NCBI GenBank assembly: GCA_963705255.1
Contig: OY970061.1
Location: forward strand, 192,001-256,000
Direction: 5' to 3'
DNA from: an uncultured Methanoregulaceae archaeon
GTDB taxonomy: Archaea > Halobacteriota > Methanomicrobia > Methanomicrobiales > Methanospirillaceae
DNA: 64,000 nucleotides
The notes below the pieces were generated by a model. That model was not told the DNA's origin. It was given only the letters and a program-made list of their open reading frames with translations, and did not search any database. Positions 62,399 through 64,000 of the stretch are shown here, piece after piece (the stretch's first letter is position 1; the number at the start of each line of letters is the position of its first letter). A program made the translations under genes and the position numbers.

Positions 62399-63235
62399 TT
62401 ACGTTACCACCGCTTTTTTGAACCGCCACCATGCCAGCAGGAATGTGATCCCGGTGAAGACCGTGAGCCCGGCAAACGAGACCACGATATCGGCAGTCGT
62501 AAACATATAGTGCTTCCCGAGCGCGACAAAGTCCGGGCCGATCGCAAAGTACCGGATGCCGGTGATGAGCAGGGTCATCGGGTTATAAACCGAGATGATT
62601 TTCAGGATCTCGGGGAACGCGTCAATAGGGTAGAGGGCGTTGCTGGCAAAGAATATCGGCATGGTCAGGAGAGTGATGACGCCCTGGAGCCCCTCAGGGC
62701 TCTCCATCGAGATGGCGATTGCTGCCGAGAGGAAGAGGAACCCGAGGGCGAACATGCCGACGAACGCGAGGATGCCGAGAACCCCCATGACGACTTGGAC
62801 TGCGGTATACCCGGAGAAAAATGCAGCACCGATCAGGATGCCGAAAACCATGATGATGATGGCCTGGATGAAGGACTTGGTCACTCCGGAGAGCCCGATC
62901 CCGAAGATGATGTGGTTCCGGTTCATCGGGCTTGCGAGGATCTCCCGCATGAGCCCCCAGTTCTTGTCAAACAGGATGACAATGCCGCCGAAGAGGCTGG
63001 TGAAGAGCGTGGTCATCGCGATGATGCCCGCTCCCATGAAGGTGAGGTAGCCTACCGCGTGCACCCCCGCGGGTACCGGCATCCCTGCCATGAGCCGGTC
63101 AAAATTACTTGACATGGCGATCCCGAAGAAGGCCAGCCAGAGCGCCGGCTGCAGGAGGGAGGAGACCAGCAGTGTCTTGAACCGGACAAAGCGGATCATG
63201 TCGCGCCAGTAGATGGTGGTAAACCCGTACGGCAT
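62399..63235 (-). CDS. ABC-2 type permease (DrrB-like)
   Basis: QP.LWL..FG, DK..G..REIL.SP, F.S.ALYP, NP.T. Confidence 0.9.
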   Translation of the reverse strand: MPYGFTTIYWRDMIRFVRFKTLLVSSLLQPALWLAFFGIAMSSNFDRLMAGMPVPAGVHAVGYLTFMGAGIIAMTTLFTSLFGGIVILFDKNWGLMREILASPMNRNHIIFGIGLSGVTKSFIQAIIIMVFGILIGAAFFSGYTAVQVVMGVLGILAFVGMFALGFLFLSAAIAISMESPEGLQGVITLLTMPIFFASNALYPIDAFPEILKIISVYNPMTLLITGIRYFAIGPDFVALGKHYMFTTADIVVSFAGLTVFTGITFLLAWWRFKKAVVT

Positions 63236-63236
63236 C

Positions 63237-64000
63237 TCACCGCCCCCCGGCCCGCATGAACCTCGGGCGTGCGGGAGCCTGCCCTTCGTCCCGGATCTCT
63301 TTTCCGGTATAGAAGACGAAGACGTCGTCCATGGACGGCTTCTTCAGGTTGATGGTGGAGATCTCGATGCCGGCATTGCGGAGGGTGTCGATGATGCCGG
63401 GCAGCACTTTCGTCCCGTCCTCGTTCACCATCAGGGTGAACCCCCGCGTCTTGGCCTTGATGTCCCTGACCGGTGGCAAATCCTTCAGGAGTCCAAGGGC
63501 GGCCTCGTCGTTGTCCGTCTCGAGGTAGATCAGGTCCTGCCCGAGCGTATTCTTCAGTTCCCAGGATGTCCCCGTGATGATGATCTTCCCGTGGTCGATG
63601 ATGCTGATCCGGTCCGAGAGCTGGTCTGCCTCGTCCATGTAATGGGTCGTAAGGAAGATGGTGGTCCCTTCCCGGTTGACGCCCTTGATGTACTCCCACA
63701 TGCGCATCCTGGTCTGCGGGTCGAGACCGATGGTCGGTTCATCGAGGAAGAGGACTTTCGGGCGGGTCATCAGGCCGCGGGCGATCTCGAGCCTGCGTTT
63801 CATCCCCCCGCTCAGTCTCTTGGTGAGCTCGTTGCGCTTCGATTCAAGCTGGACCAGTTTCAGGAGTTCGTCAATCCGTTTCCGCCGCTCCCCGGCCGGC
63901 ATGGTATAGAGCCTCCCATGGAATTCCAGCAGTTCCCAGACAGTCATGTCCCGGTCGAGGGTGATGTCCTGGAAGACGATGCCGATCGATTCCCGGACTT
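63237..64000 (-). CDS. ABC ATPase (DrrA-like), 5' end beyond the window
   Basis: GIVFQD, LSGGMKRRLEIARG, LFLDEPT, TTHYMDEAD. Confidence 0.92.
   Translation of the reverse strand, partial: VRESIGIVFQDITLDRDMTVWELLEFHGRLYTMPAGERRKRIDELLKLVQLESKRNELTKRLSGGMKRRLEIARGLMTRPKVLFLDEPTIGLDPQTRMRMWEYIKGVNREGTTIFLTTHYMDEADQLSDRISIIDHGKIIITGTSWELKNTLGQDLIYLETDNDEAALGLLKDLPPVRDIKAKTRGFTLMVNEDGTKVLPGIIDTLRNAGIEISTINLKKPSMDDVFVFYTGKEIRDEGQAPARPRFMRAGGR

Overview
This window is archaeal DNA, most consistent with a Methanomicrobiales methanogen (Methanoregulaceae-like). The evidence is a MEMAR_RS02690-type S-layer gene with a PGF-CTERM-like tail, RHDI-box histidine kinases, a geranylgeranyl reductase and a PolB2 operon. 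Layout: (1) 0.7-9.2 kb, nickel locus with two nikR paralogs, a split nikMN/nikQO ECF transporter and an S-layer gene. (2) About 9.3-25.8 kb, accessory/defence island: type I R-M, then an AT-rich block with a proteasome-beta-like Ntn hydrolase, an unannotated 46-aa membrane peptide, a CARF-like/wHTH regulator, radical SAM plus TcmP, an amber-interrupted ASCH gene and an exact 32-bp-period palindromic array. These are followed by a truncated vapBC, a duplicated polB 3' end and the PolB2 module. (3) 26-41 kb, stress, signalling and acid-resistance genes. (4) 42-47 kb, STAS/RsbW partner-switching cluster. (5) 47-64 kb, mostly housekeeping and transport genes. A family of hairpin-rich MITE-like elements occurs at about 0.4, 41.4 and 61.9 kb. 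About ten single-base frameshifts are probably sequencing errors. No tRNA, rRNA or CRISPR array was recognised. All family assignments come from motif recognition by eye; no database search was run.
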